A stretch of DNA of 64,000 bases from Neocallimastix sp. 'constans' (lineage: Eukaryota). Below, piece by piece: positions 36,596 through 52,210 of this stretch. The stretch spans positions 1 to 64,000 of the forward strand of contig JBODTK010000128.1 in the NCBI GenBank assembly GCA_050613775.1, written 5' to 3'. The position numbers were made by a program, and so were the translations under genes. The stretch's first letter is position 1; each line of letters opens with the position of its first letter. Under the pieces are notes generated by a model. The model was not told the DNA's origin, did no database searches, and saw only the letters and a list, made by a program, of their open reading frames with translations.

Positions 36596-37795
36596 TAATT
36601 AATAATATTAATTATGGTAATAATAATCAAGTGAACATTTTGTATTAATTATTTAATTATCTCTTTATATTTATTAAGATTTCCCTTTTAAATTATTATA
36701 ATTTATATTATTTTTTATTATTTATATATATATTTATTTATATTATTCAGTACATACTATTTAATATTTATTATTTAATAATAGTTATAAATATTCAATA
36801 GTTTTATTTTTTTAATTATATTTCTATTATTATTATTTAATATAATTTATTATTTATTATTTATTATTTATTATTTCCTTATTTATTTATTAATTACTTT
36901 ATTATTTTATTATACTAACTTCTAAAAAAATTTTTTTTTTAATTTTAAAATTTACTATTAAAACTTTAATTTGCCTTTTATAGTTCATAATTTATTATAT
37001 TATTCTAATATATAATTCATATATACACAATATACTTGAATATATCATGCTTTCTTCAATTTCTTCAATGGATTGTATTTTTAATTTATGTTTTATTTAG
37101 ATTATTAGAATATATTAATTTTTTTTGGTCTAATACATTCCATATAAATTATTCAATTTTAATTTAAATAAAAATAAAAAATTTTTAACTATTTATTAAT
37201 AAATTAATTTATATATTATAATTAGTATAAAATAATATATTTATACATTTAATGGATAGTATAAATTATTTATTTTTATATATACTAAAAGTAAATTTCT
37301 AATTTATAATCAATATACTTTTTTTCTTCATACATTAACCTTATTCAACTATTTTTATAATATATTAGATTATATTGATATTTATAATTTTATTTTATGG
37401 ATAATATACGTATATTACATGTTTTATACATTATTTATTTGTTATATTATTGTTTATTTTCTATTTAAATATTGTCAAATTTTTTAATTTTCTAACCCTC
37501 TATCATGAAATATTAAATTAAAAATAAAATAAATAAACTAATATAATAATTAATTATCTCATAAAAACAAAAAGTAAGTTCATAAATCTGAAAAACTTTT
37601 ATTTTAATATATTTAAATTCTATAAATTTGATATATCAAGTATACTCTATAATATTATCATGGTTTTCTTATTTTATAGTATCAATAAGCATATAGCGTT
37701 TTTTACTATAATATATTCTTATTTATAAATGTGTTGCAATTAATATTATTGAATTTTTTTTTAAATTTATTCTAATTATAATAACAACAACATCA

Positions 37796-37831
<36 letters not shown>

Positions 37832-38059
37832 CAGAATTATTTTATTATTTGTTTGTTTAATTGTTTATTATGAATAGAAGAAAATTTTCTAATAAAGAAG
37901 ATTAAAGATAGTAAACTAATAGCTTGTCATTTATATTAGTATTTTAATTTACTTAAAATTTAATAACTAATAATAATTCTATTTGCCTTATGTACAACCA
38001 TCTATTGTGGTGTAATATCTTCAAAAATATTCCATTTCTCCTATTCTAAAAATAGACAC

Positions 38060-38067
38060 AATTATTT

Positions 38068-38098
<31 letters not shown>

Positions 38099-38280
38099 TT
38101 TTTTATTTATTTATTTTTTATTTATTTATTTTTTATTTATTATTTATTATTTATTATTTATTATTTATTATTTATTATTTATTATTTATTATTTATTATT
38201 TATTATTTATTATTTATTATTTATTATTTATTATTTATTATTTATTATTTATTATTTATTATTTAATTATTATTATTATA
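38060..38280. repeat. (TTTA)n/(TTATTAT)n simple repeat
   Basis: Visible low-complexity tandem repeat. Confidence 0.85.
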
Positions 38281-40198
38281 ATTTATTAAATTTTATTATT
38301 ATTTATTCTATAATATTTTTTACTCTTCAGTTCAATTTATTATAAATTAAACTTTTAAATAAATATTAAACTAAATATAATAATAAAATAATATGACTTC
38401 ACTTTTTTTTGCAAATTTAATTAATTAAAATTTTATACCAAACTCACTTTTATCTATTTTTAATATTTATATTTATAATATTTATAATATATTTATATTT
38501 ATATTTATAATATATTTATTATTGCTATATATATTGTAATTTTTCCAGTTTTAATTCATTATATAAAATTATTATTGAGTAATAATTAAATAATGTATAG
38601 ATATATAAAAATAAATTAATCATTTATTAGTCAATAAAAATTATTTAAATATATTATAAACTTTTTTATTAACTATAAAAAAAATATAAAATTTAGTAAA
38701 AATTTTCCTTAATGAACTTAGCTGTTGCTTGTTACTGTTGTTTAATCTATAGCTTTAACCATAATACAATTATAAAAAAAAAAAAAAAAAAAAAAAACTA
38801 TTTACAATAGAAAACAAAGTAATTCTCAGTTTTATATTTAGAAAAAAAAAGCTTATTCATTTTTTATATTTTGAGAATATTCAATAAACCCAAAATAAAT
38901 TTTTTTCATAGAACTTTATTTTTATTTTTATTTTTAAATTTTTAACATAAGTTTATATTTATGTAATATAATAATAAATTAATATTTGTATTATATTACA
39001 ATATAATTTTATATATTGCATAATATTATATCAAATAAATATATGCATTTCAATATTATTCAGTAGACTAATAAGGATTTCCAATAAATAAATTATTTGT
39101 TGTTATTAATAATTATTTCATTATTCTTCTTATATACTATTTATTATTATTATTATTTATTATTATTTATTGTTTATTATTATTTATTATTTATTATTAA
39201 TTATTTATTATTAATAATTATTTAATATTTAATATTTAATATTTATTATTAATAATTTAATAGTTATTTTAAGGCTAAGACCAATTTGTATTTATAAATA
39301 ACAACAAAGTTAAACACTTTTAATAATTGACAGAATCTTTCTATCAATTTATCTTTATATTAAAAAGATAATTTTTAAAAAAAAAAAAAATACAAATTCA
39401 AAAAAAAATTTTATTTTTTTTTTAAATTAATTCAATAATTTTTAAAAATTCTTTGATATATGCAGAAGGAGCTCATGATGAAAATAGTATTAAGTGATGA
39501 CTTAAAAATTATTGTGAAATTATAAACTAATTATTGAAAATAAGTATAAAAAGTATTCTTCTAAATCTTACTTGAAATAAACTATGGATTCACCACCAGT
39601 TTAATCTTTTTACCCAATAAAATAATATCAACTATATTTAATTTTTTATTTGCTTATATCCATTTCTTTTTATTTTTATAGATTAACAATGAATTATTAA
39701 TTAGTATATGACATCATGTCATCAAAAAATAATTCAAACCATGACTTTACTCTTATATTTAATTATAGGTTTTAGGTTAAACTTGCATAAATAATATGAT
39801 TACATGGGTTTTATTTATACTGGCTGATATATATAATTATATAATACAATATAAAATTGTACAAATAGTATAATAAATATATAAAATAATATAAATTTAT
39901 ATAATAAATATATGACATAATATATTTTACTAATATAATTGATATATCCAAAAAAAAAAAAATTAAAAAAACTTTAATGAAAACTATAAAACTATTCCCA
40001 TACTAATTAAACTTTTTTGCGAATAAAAATCTAAAATATTAATAATAATATATATATATATAAATATGTGTTTTTTTTTTTTTTTTTCATATTCTATAAA
40101 TAATTATTTCAAAATTATTTAATTATTTATATAAAATGATCTTATATTTTATATAATAATATTATTATTTGTTTTTATTTATACAATAAATTATATTT

Positions 40199-40238
<40 letters not shown>

Positions 40239-42258
40239 TATATTTTATTTTTTTTTTCTTTGTTATTAATAATAATTGTCAGATAAAATAATTAACCAAA
40301 GAAAAAACAATATTAAGTATTATTGTTGATTTAATACGTAATTATTTAGTGAAAATTTTCAAATTATCTATATTATTCTTATAATTTGTAGTAAAACTTT
40401 CAACAGTTAAATTATTGATATTAAATATACAGTTGTATATATTTAATATTATGTATAACCTTTTATAGATGAACTGCATATGCACATGAAATGAATTTGT
40501 CATTTAAAATCTTTATCTATTTTATATAATATATATTATAATTGAATATACAACGATATTAACTATAATTAACATTTTTAATATTTATTAATATAGAAAT
40601 ATATTAAATAGGATAGATCTTTTTTATTAATTTTTTTTTTAAATTTCCCCCCAAAAAATAAATATAAAAAAATAAAAAAAAATAGAATGACCGTTTTTTT
40701 TTTTTTTTTATATTTATATATATTTAACAATAACTATAACAATAAAATATTAATAAAATAATAATAAATATATTTTAAATAAATGAAAAGATAGAAATAC
40801 TATTTAATATTTATTATATATAAAATTGCCTTTGTGAAATGAACTGTTATATATTTATTTATTTTTTTTTAAATAATATTAAATATAATCAATCGTAATT
40901 TTAACTATTATTTATTATTATTGTAATTATTCTTGTCCTTATTCTCATTATTATTATTATAAATAATCAAATAAAAGTTCTTTGTTAAATGAGGTATAAT
41001 TTTACTGCCATAATCAATTCCAATATTAATAAAAAAAAATATTAAAATATTAATAATATACATAATATTAATAATATTAATAATATTTAATTTTTTAATT
41101 AACGGTGTAATTATAATGAAATGTTACTACATAAATGACCAATTCTAATATTAATTATTTATTATAATATACAATAAATTTAAATAAAATCAATATATAA
41201 TAATATTAAATAAATATATAGATATATATATGTATATATTTTATTATTGTTAATTTATTCATTATTTAAGTTAAAATATTTTAATTATTTAAAATTAAAA
41301 TATAAATAATATAAATATATATATTTAATGTTTTCTATTTATTTGAAATACATTTTTAATATTATAAGTCAAGAGGCACATGTTTGAGTAAATTATTTTT
41401 AAATATCAAAATATTAAAAGTTAAATTATATAAAAAAAATTTTTTTTTATATTTATTTTTTATTTTGTAAATTTTATATATTTAAATAAACTATATTTTA
41501 AAATAATATGCTATAATACAAATATTGATATTATAAGTATTTATAAATGATTATATATTAACATAAGATATCTATTCATAAAACAGTTTCTCTTTTATTT
41601 AATTACTTTTTATATGAACTTTATTTTGCATATAATTATGATTGATTATAATACAGAAAATATATTTAAAAAGTATTATTTTTTTTAAAAAATTACTCAA
41701 TATATTTATTATTAACTCTTTTACTTTCACTTAATAAAACATCGTTACTATTGATATCCTATAATTATAGGAAAGAAATTACTATTAAAATTTATAATAA
41801 AACCAATTGTATTATATTAAAGTAAAATTTATTCAAATATACTTGAACTATAGATCATTTAACTTCAAGAAAAATAAAAAATAAATAATAAATAAAAATA
41901 ATTTTAAAATAATGTGTACTATAGCAACTATATTATTTTTTTTTTTAAAAAATAAAATAAAATAAAATAAAATAAAATAAAATAAAATAAAATAAAATAA
42001 AATAAAATAAAATAAAAAATAATAAAAAATAATAAAAAATAATAAAAAATAAATTATATTTAATTTGTTAATAGTTTTTATATATATATAGACATTTAAT
42101 ATATTAAACATTACCCCTCAAAATAAATATTTTATTAAACAATAAAAAGAAAAAAATAATTAGAATAATTGAAAATTGTATATATTTTTATATATTTAAA
42201 TGTAAATATCAGTTTAAATAACAATAATTAAAATAAATGTGAAAAATTAATAATAATT

Positions 42259-42290
<32 letters not shown>

Positions 42291-42884
42291 CAATTCATTT
42301 AAATTATTATACTATTTTTTTTATTAGATATTTATTTTTCATTTCTAATAATAATAATTATTCCTTTTAAAAAGAAATAATAATATTAATAATAATAATT
42401 AATCAAATGAACCGTCATGTTGCATGTAGTCATTTTTTTTTATTTATATTAAATAAAAATCAAAAAAAAAAAGTATATTTAAATTTAAATTAACAGTTCT
42501 CATCTGTTTATATATATATATATATAATTAATATAATAATTATTCAAAAAATTTTAGTATTATATTAATTATTGCTTCACAAAAATTTTTTATTATTTAT
42601 AGAAACTATTATTATTTATTATTTATAAAAAATAAATATAATCTCAAAATTAATTTCATATACTATAATTTTTATTTTAAAGATTAGATTTTTATAGATA
42701 CACATTTAATATATGCAACTTTTCCTATTATTTGTAATATTCAATTATAAAAAGACATTTATAATATTTATTTAATAATCAATGTTAATTTAATATTTTA
42801 ATATTATTTATTTTTTTTATAATATTTAAATATTTACTTTAAAAAAATAAATACATCAAAATTAGTATATTATTTATTCATTAC

Positions 42885-42927
42885 AATTTTCAATTGTCGA
42901 AAATTCAACTTGGCGAAATGCCACTCT
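42885..42927 (-). mobile_element. Possible orphan MULE-type terminal repeat
   Basis: TTGGCGAAATG is the reverse complement of the CATTTCGCCAA core of the TIR at 1065-1075. No partner end or TSD found. Confidence 0.3.
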
Positions 42928-42992
42928 TAATAAATAATAAAAATAAGTTTTAAATTTAAAATAAAAATAATAATTTTATATAATTAAATATA

Positions 42993-43026
<34 letters not shown>

Positions 43027-43746
43027 TTTTTTTTGAACCATCCAATTTCCTTGGAAGATATTTTTTATTTAATATTAATAATTTAAATAGATATTAGTTA
43101 TTTATTAATAAATAAAATAAATATTAAAAAATTCCTAATGTAATTTCTATCTTTAATAAATTAAAAATTGTAATATAGATTAAGTTAACATTAATTATAT
43201 ACAAATATATATTTTATTTTAAATTAATTATTTCTTTAAATTATTATTTTTTACTAACATTAATTATTGTTGTGACTATAATTCTTATTTTTTTTAAATT
43301 ATTTTGATTTATTTTTATTTTTTTAAAAAAAAAATTAAAATTTATATCCGTATTAAATTTTAATTCAATATGGATAATCCATTGATAATAAAAAGATTTA
43401 TTTTTTATTAATTCTATTTATTTATTTATATTTAAAAAATGAATTATTGGATTAGAAGATTTTTATAGATCAAAATTATATATTATATTTTAATCATATA
43501 TCATAATAGATAATGAAACCAAAGAATTGAATAATTGTTTGTTTTTTAATTTAGAAACAACTCATTATCATTTATAAAAAAATTATTTACCTATAAACCT
43601 ATTTATACCTATATATCTATTTATTAATAATTGAATGGAATATTAATAAATTAATAAAAACTGTTGAAAAACAATTGATAAATAAAAAATTTTTAATGAT
43701 GCATGATATATAGAAAAGTTATTATAGATGAATTAAAATTTTAAAA

Positions 43747-43821
<75 letters not shown>

Positions 43822-43893
43822 GAAATAATTTAAAATAACTAGAAATATTGAAAAAGATATATATTATTTTAAAAAATAAAATAAATCAAATCT

Positions 43894-43931
<38 letters not shown>

Positions 43932-44280
43932 TTAGATTTTGAATAATAATATGAAAATTAAATTAAAAGATTTTTAATAAGATTTATTTAAACACGGAAT
44001 CCATAGAGAGATTGAAAAAAGTTCATATTTATTGTAATATTAGGTTGAATATCATCTCATACAAATAATAAATTTTTTTTGTTTTTAAATAAAAAAAAAT
44101 TATATATACGCATAGTTTAATGAATACATAAATTGATATATAAATAAATTTATAAGTGAATTAATGAACAAACAAACAAACAAACAAATAAATAAATAAA
44201 TAAATAAATAAAAAAGTAAATAAATAAAAAAGTAAATAAATAAATAAACAAATAAATAAAAAAGTAAATAAATAAAAAAG

Positions 44281-44327
<47 letters not shown>

Positions 44328-45419
44328 AATATAATTAAATGCCGAATTTAATTTAAAAATTATAAGATGATTGAATTATCATCAGATTAAAATTTTAGAA
44401 AAGGAAAAAGAAAAGTCAAGATCAATTAAAATTGAAGTTTAAATTAGAAATTATTATTTTTTTTTTTAAAAAAATTTAAAATATAGGAAATATATTAAAA
44501 AAAGAAAAAAAAAAAAAAAAAAAAAAAAAAACATTAGTATAATAATAATTATAAGAAAAAAATATAATAATATTGACATAATCTTTTTTTAAAAATAATA
44601 TATATATATATATATATTAAAGGAATATACTTAAATGGAGTTTATATTTTATTATTGAAGCTATATGCATCATTTAAGAAATATAATTAAATAATTATTA
44701 CAGAATGCATTTACATAGATATAATATTTTCACTTTGTGTATGCAAATAAAAAATAGAAATATATGTACTTCATATAATATGTGTATCATACATCAACAA
44801 TATTACATTATAATAATTAAATTAATTATCTTTTTTATTATTATTATATATTTATATAAATAAAGTTATCTTTTATATTATTATATATAATAATATAATA
44901 TAATAAGAAATAAAAAATAATAATTCAGATAATTATTATATATAAAATAATTAAATAATCATCGAAAATAAATGAAATAAAAATAATAATCAACAGAATA
45001 TATATAATAAGAATAAGGGTAATAAAATTTTTAAATTTTATGAAATATTTTGATACAACTGATTATTATAAAGTTTTTATTATTTCACTACTCTTATATA
45101 TATGTATATATATTGATGTGTAAAATCAAAATAGCTTCATTCTTATTTTGCTAGACGTTGGCATTCTTTCCTTTTTCTACTAAATATTTTTTATTATCAA
45201 ATCATTGAAATTAAAACAAGCATAGAAATATAGAATTCTAACCACTATTTTTATTTCCAGAGTTAACTTATAAAGATTAACCCTATTGACCTTATTTTCC
45301 CTCAATTATCATATAAAGATAAATAAGAAAGAATGAAGCTGTTATTCACCTCCACGGAAAGGCTATAAATTTTTTTAAATTCTTTGATTTATTTTTAGTA
45401 ATAATTAGTAAATAATCAG

Positions 45420-45830
45420 AATAAATAATAATAATAAATAATAATAAATAATAATAAATAATAATAAATAATAATAAATAATAATAAATAATAATAAATA
45501 ATAATAAATAATAATAAATAATAATAAATAATAATAAATAATAATAAATAATAATAAATAATAATAAATAATAATAAATAATAATAAATAATAATAAATA
45601 ATAATAAATAATAATAAATAATAATAAATAATAATAAATAATAATAAATAATAATAAATAATAATAAATAATAATAAATAATAATAAATAATAATAAATA
45701 ATAATAAATAATAATAAATAATAATAAATAATAATAAATAATAATAAATAATAATAAATAATAATAAATAATAATAAATGATAATAAATAATAATAAATA
45801 ATAATGAATAATAATAATAAATTAATAAAT
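45420..45830. repeat. (ATAATAAATA)n 10-bp tandem repeat
   Basis: Near-perfect array of roughly 40 units. Source of the spurious ORF 45416-45865. Confidence 0.95.
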
Positions 45831-46955
45831 AATATAACGTTCAACCAATTTTTTAATATTGGCATTATTAAATTAAAATAAATAGTAATTATATTTAAAT
45901 ATTTATATAATATATATTTAAATATAGGAATTGGTTATTAATTATAAGTTTTTATTTGTTTTATAGTTAATATTGGTGAAATAAGATAAGATAATACAAT
46001 GGTTCAAAAAAAAGTAAATCTTTTTTTTTTTAAGTGTGAAATGTACTTAGATTAATGTTTCTAATGTTTGTATATTTAAATATTTATAAATATTTATATG
46101 TTACACAACTTATAAATTTTAGATTATTCTTTTTTTCTTTAATTTTTTTATATAATAGAATAATGGAAATTTCTTTTTCATATTTAAATGGACATCAAAT
46201 TACTGATTTTTTTAATAAAACTGTTTTAAAAAGTATTTAAAAATTAAAAAAAAAAAATAATAAACATTGATAAGTGTTCACTAGAAAAAAAAAGAAAAAA
46301 ATTATTATTTTAAAAGATGAAAATATTTTTTTTAATGGAATATTTATGGGTTACATTAAATAATAAAAATAACTTTTTCATTTTTAATCCACTTATAATA
46401 TTGGCATCTTAATTTATATCATGGAATATTTTTTTAACTCTATTATATTTTTACTTTAAATTAAGATTTTAATAAATATTGATAATATTACAGATAAATA
46501 TTACTACATTAGTTATGACGATTATTTACTATAAAATAATATATAATCGTTAATTTAACATTACTTTACATTAGATTAATATCATGGTAAATATTGTATA
46601 TAAAATATATCAAAAATATTATTAATATTATTTATTAATTTTGTTAAAAATTTATTAGGATTAGCTTTTTTATTCTCTTTATTTTCTCTAATGATTGTGA
46701 TGATATTAAATAATATTTAAAAGATAAACCATTCTCCCAATATTTCATTGATTGTCATGTTAATAATAATAAAAAAGTGAATACCTTGTATGAATCGTTT
46801 TTTTCATAGAATTTAAAATAATAATAATAATAATAATTATAAATTAATAGTTAAATTCAATATTTATTATTAAATAATAAATCATAATGAATTAAACTAT
46901 TTTATTTTTATTCTCATCTTTATTTTTATTTTTATTAATGATATTTAATTAATAA

Positions 46956-46986
<31 letters not shown>

Positions 46987-48089
46987 TTTTTAAAAAAAAA
47001 AATAAAATAAAATAAAAATTCATAATGTTGTTTCTACCTCAACTCATGAAGATATTAATAAACACATTTCTTATGAATCTATTGAAACTCTGTAAGAAAA
47101 ATAATTAAATCATTATTAATAATTTATTATTATATTATGAATTATGTTTTAAATTTTATAAAAAATTTATGAAAATTTGGTTAATTTATTATTATATTAT
47201 AATAATAAAATTTATTTTTCATGATAATTTTATAAATTATTTTTAATTATTTTTATTAAAATTTAATTTTTTATTAATACTATCATACAATGAATTATGA
47301 ATAGTTTATTTTTAACTTTAACATATACATGTATAAGAACTTTCTACTTCGTTCATATTATTATTTTTATAATTATTATTGTTAAAAAATATAATATATT
47401 AATATATAGATATATATAACGATTTATTATATTACATAAAAGAACTTATAACCTTTGAATAATAGTAGTGGAAGGTAGTTATTTTATCTATATATTATAT
47501 AAAATTATTATTATTTTTATTTATAAAAATAAATGAAGTATTGAAATAACTTTTCTAAATTTATTTATAAAAATTTTCGTATATTATTCATATTATCATG
47601 ATTTATTAAAGAAGATTTTGAATATGCCTTAAAATGATAATAATTCTTTTATAATCTGCCTTTAACTATATATATAAAACCTATTAATTCTATTTTATTT
47701 TCATAAAAATATATTTAAACATAAATAAAATATTTTAAGTGATAATAAATAAAAGATATATTATTCCTAAATGTTTGATATATTTCAGTGTACTTATGTT
47801 CATTTTATTTGAATTAGTAGAATAGCTTTAATAATAATAATATATAGGATAAAGTATAATATTGCAGTTAAACAATTTTAAGATGATGTATGAAATATAT
47901 TAATAGTTCTTCTGATAGTGAAATTATTTTTTCTTGATTGTATTATTGTAATTATTTATATTTATTATTATTGTAAAATATTGTATTTTAAATATATTAT
48001 AATATTATCTTAATATATACATATATAAAGTTTATTCAGTCCTTATTTACTTATTGAAAAAAAAATAAATTTAAATTAATTTAATAGTA

Positions 48090-48720
48090 CACTTCATAAC
48101 TGCAGTTAAAATAATAAATTTTATTAAAATTTAAGATGAAATTAGAAAAAAAAGTTCAATTCCTTTGGGTATAAAACCTAAACGTATATATAATGAGGTT
48201 TCACAAGAAACATGATTTATATGTCCTGAATATAATGCAATTAAATCCTAAATGACAAGAAATATAAATAAATAACTACCTCCAGATGTAACAATATTTG
48301 ATGAAATTCCTGATAAAACAAAATATTATTAAACAGTAAGAAATGAAAAATTTATGATTTTCAAAATCCCTAATTTAATAGTCTTCCAATCCCCATTCCA
48401 AGCAAAAATTATTTATGAAATATACTGAAGATAAATTTGAAGATGGTACTTTTACTATTGGAAATAAATTTAGTTATCAAGTGTTCATTACTAGAACCTA
48501 TGTTAAAGATTTAAATATTTTTATATTACTTCTTTTTAGATATTTAAAAAATAAAGAACAAGCCAATTATGAGATGGAATTTGAATAAATAAAAAAATAA
48601 AAAAAAAAAAAATATATAATAAATATAGCAATAATAATATAATTACTCCAAAAAATTTTCATTGTATTTTCAAAAAAGACATATCCAATGAAGTAGAAAA
48701 AATTTTCCTAAAATAATTGT
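48090..48720 (+). pseudogene. Decayed MULE transposase fragment
   Basis: Colinear with 3970-4520 (AGTTCAATTCCTTT, ATATGTCC.GAATATAAT, GATGGTAC, AAATTTAGTTATCAAGT), with stops and frameshifts. Confidence 0.85.
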
Positions 48721-49037
48721 GAATATAACAAAGGAAAATTATAATAAATAAATTAGTTCTAAAATAAAATAAAGATAAATTATTGTAAATAATTTAGTTC
48801 TAAAATAATAATAATAATAAATTAAATTATATAGATATTTATTAATAATGATCAACTATTTAGGTATTGAAAAAATAGAGAATAAAAACTTATTTGTAAA
48901 TAGATAAAATTGTTTTCATTAGATTTGAAATAATAAAATCAAATATATTAATATAATTTTATTTAAACATTTAATCTAATATGTCAATTAATATGAAAAG
49001 TTTATCATATCATTTATTTTTAATATTTATTTAATTT

Positions 49038-49075
<38 letters not shown>

Positions 49076-49149
49076 AAAATATATAAACATAATTAAAATT
49101 CATGAATAAAATATAAATAAACTAACAAACAAACGTTCAAACAAACATG

Positions 49150-49297
<148 letters not shown>

Positions 49298-49747
49298 TTA
49301 ATAATATAAAATCTAAAGTTGATATAAATATTATTTAATTTAATTTTTGTACTACTTTTAATTAGCAATATACTTCTAAAACTATATAAATTTTTACAAT
49401 ATTGTATTTAAAGTATAAAATTTTGATTAGTAAAATTTAAAAAAAAAAAAAAAAAAAAAATCAAAAAAACAAAATCAAAATCAAATATTAGTGCTATCAA
49501 TAGGTAACAAATCATGAATAATAATAGAAATTATATATATAGGTAAAATATTTATCAAAGTAAAAATTATAAATATATATAAAAAAAAACAATATAATTA
49601 AATAATATAATAATCAAGTATTTGATTATTATATTATTTAATTATATTGTTTTTTTTCAAATAATTATAATAATAATTATATTAAAATGTGAGAAAACTT
49701 TTAATATTATTAAATATCATAAATTAAAAAAATATAAATATATAGTC

Positions 49748-49795
<48 letters not shown>

Positions 49796-49967
49796 TTTTA
49801 ATTTTATTTTATAATAAGATTTAATATTGAATATGAATACAATGATATTTATATTTTAGGTATATATATTAATAAATTAAGTAAACATTAATTTAGGTAT
49901 AATATGAAATAATAATATATTTTTTTTATAAAAAAATATTCTTTTAAGGTGTTTTTTTTATTAATTC

Positions 49968-50692
49968 TTAAACTTTTGATTTTCTTGTTCTTCTTTCAAT
50001 TCTTCTTAATTGTTCACCAGCTTTAGCTCCTTCTTGAATAACTTGGGAACATAAATATAAAGCACGAAATTGCTTTAAACATTGTGATTCTGGATTTAAC
50101 TTATTGTTATTAACACAGGTATCATATGCAATACTTTGTTGTTTACAATGTTTGTTGATAAGTTTTAATAATTTTGAACTTTTGTTAAAATTATTGTTTT
50201 AATGATTATTATTATTATTTTTTTTAAATGTAATATATATAGATATAAAAAAATAGATTAATAATAAACAGATTTGAATTTTTAAAATGAATTTTTAACA
50301 TATGAAGTTTATCCATTTTTGAAATGTTTTACATTAATTATATATATTAATAATTGTATATATAAAATAGAAAGATGAATTATATATACTTTTCTTCAGA
50401 ACATCTCTGAACAGCTTCTTTTTGCTTTTTACAATCACAATCATAACTATTTGGATGTTTATCTACACATCTTTTTTATTTTAAAATTATTTTGGATTAA
50501 GAATGTTTAAAAAATTATTAATTTAAAAGGGAATAAATACATATAATTAATTATTATTATTATTATTATTATTTTCAAATAGAAAATGATACTATTTTGA
50601 TTATAATAATAATAGTTATTAATATTTTACTTAGCAAAGGCCTTTAATTGCTTTTTGCATTTTTCTGAAATTTCATTAATAACACTTTCCAT
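49968..50692 (-). CDS. Double CHCH (four CX9C) protein, Mix14/CHCHD5-like (3 exons)
   Basis: Exons 50692-50631, 50470-50390 and 50178-49968 join in frame via GT-AG. Motifs CKKQLKAFAKC, CKKQKEAVQRC, CKQQSIAYDTC and CLKQFRALYLC. Not in the ORF track. Confidence 0.85.
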
Positions 50693-51285
50693 TATAAATT
50701 CTATAATTTCTTAAAATTTCAATATTATATAGAATTTTTTATATATATGAAATATTGAATATTATATTTTATAACTAATTTTTATATTGATTGGTTGTAT
50801 ATATGATTAAAAAAATTAATTTTTTTAATTATAAAAAAAAAAAAAAAAAGTTTAAAACATAATTTATAACCTTTATAAAAAATAATAAAATATTAAAAGA
50901 ATCTTTAATAATAAATATATATATATATTTAGTTATTTAAAGGTTATTAATATTATAAGGAGGTTAATATCAAAATGTACTTATTATTATAAATTACTTA
51001 ATAAATATATTATAATTATTAATTTAACTTTCTAATAAAAAATAATAATAAGAAATATAAATTATTATTATAACTATAGTATCAGATTTAATAAAATTTG
51101 GAGAATATATTCTATTTTTATTTTTTAAAATTGAGTAATAATCAATTAAATTTTTATTGAATACTATATTTAAAGTTATTTTATAAGTAGTATAAATATA
51201 AACATTTATATATTATATAAATAAACATAAAGTAAACAAACAAGCTAAAAATAAAAAAAAAAAAAAAAAAAAAAAGAAACTTATC

Positions 51286-52053
51286 ATGGCTAGTACTAAA
51301 CATTTGGAATATATAGACTTTTCATTTGGAAATATTTCTATTAGAATTAAGCAGAATCAATCGTCTTTATTAACAGGTACAACTATTTGGGATGCTAGTC
51401 ATGTTTTAGGAGACTATTTAAATAATATCTTTAGAAAAAAATCAACTTCTATTTCGAAGCCTCCTCTTCAAGGTAAATATTGCCTTGAGCTAGGTAGTGG
51501 TTGTGGCTTAACTGGTATATTAGTAACATTATTAGGAGCTAATACTATTCTTACTGATAGAAAAGATACTCTTTTTATTTTAGAAGATAATGTTGGTAGT
51601 AATGTTCCTAATTTTTCTAAAAGTCAAGAAGCTTTTAAAGTGAATGATAATGAAAATATGAATACAAAAGAATTAGATAATGGTATGACAGCTGTTATTG
51701 GTCAGGCACTTGTGAAAGAGTTAGACTGGGAACAACCAGTATCAAAAGATATCTATGATCCATCTACTCCAAATCATATCGAGTTTGATTATGTATTAGC
51801 GGCGGATTGTGTTTTTAATATTGAAATGTTAAATCCATTTATAAATACTTTAGTAAATGTTTGTGGACCACATACTCAAGCCTTTGTTGCCATGGAAAGA
51901 AGAGATGCAGATGTTATTAATGCTTTCTTATCAAGAGTTGAAGAAAGAGGTTTTACTTGGAATCGTATACCAAAAAGTAAATTATTAAAGGTGGATGGAG
52001 TTGCTGGTGTTGTGGAAGTTTATAAATTAAGAGTTAAAAAAATTAAAAAATAA
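51286..52053 (+). CDS. Seven-beta-strand protein methyltransferase, METTL21/Methyltransf_16 family
   Basis: TGTTIWDAS, LELGSGCGL (motif I), ILTD, LDW, FDYVLAADCVF. Intronless, 255 aa. Confidence 0.92.
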   Translation: MASTKHLEYIDFSFGNISIRIKQNQSSLLTGTTIWDASHVLGDYLNNIFRKKSTSISKPPLQGKYCLELGSGCGLTGILVTLLGANTILTDRKDTLFILEDNVGSNVPNFSKSQEAFKVNDNENMNTKELDNGMTAVIGQALVKELDWEQPVSKDIYDPSTPNHIEFDYVLAADCVFNIEMLNPFINTLVNVCGPHTQAFVAMERRDADVINAFLSRVEERGFTWNRIPKSKLLKVDGVAGVVEVYKLRVKKIKK

Positions 52054-52166
52054 ATTATTTAAAATACCTACACATTATTATTTATTTAGAAAAACAAAAA
52101 CAAAAACAAAAACAAATAAATCAGTGACTTTCGAAAGTAATACATAATATACCATTATATTAATTA

Positions 52167-52210
<44 letters not shown>

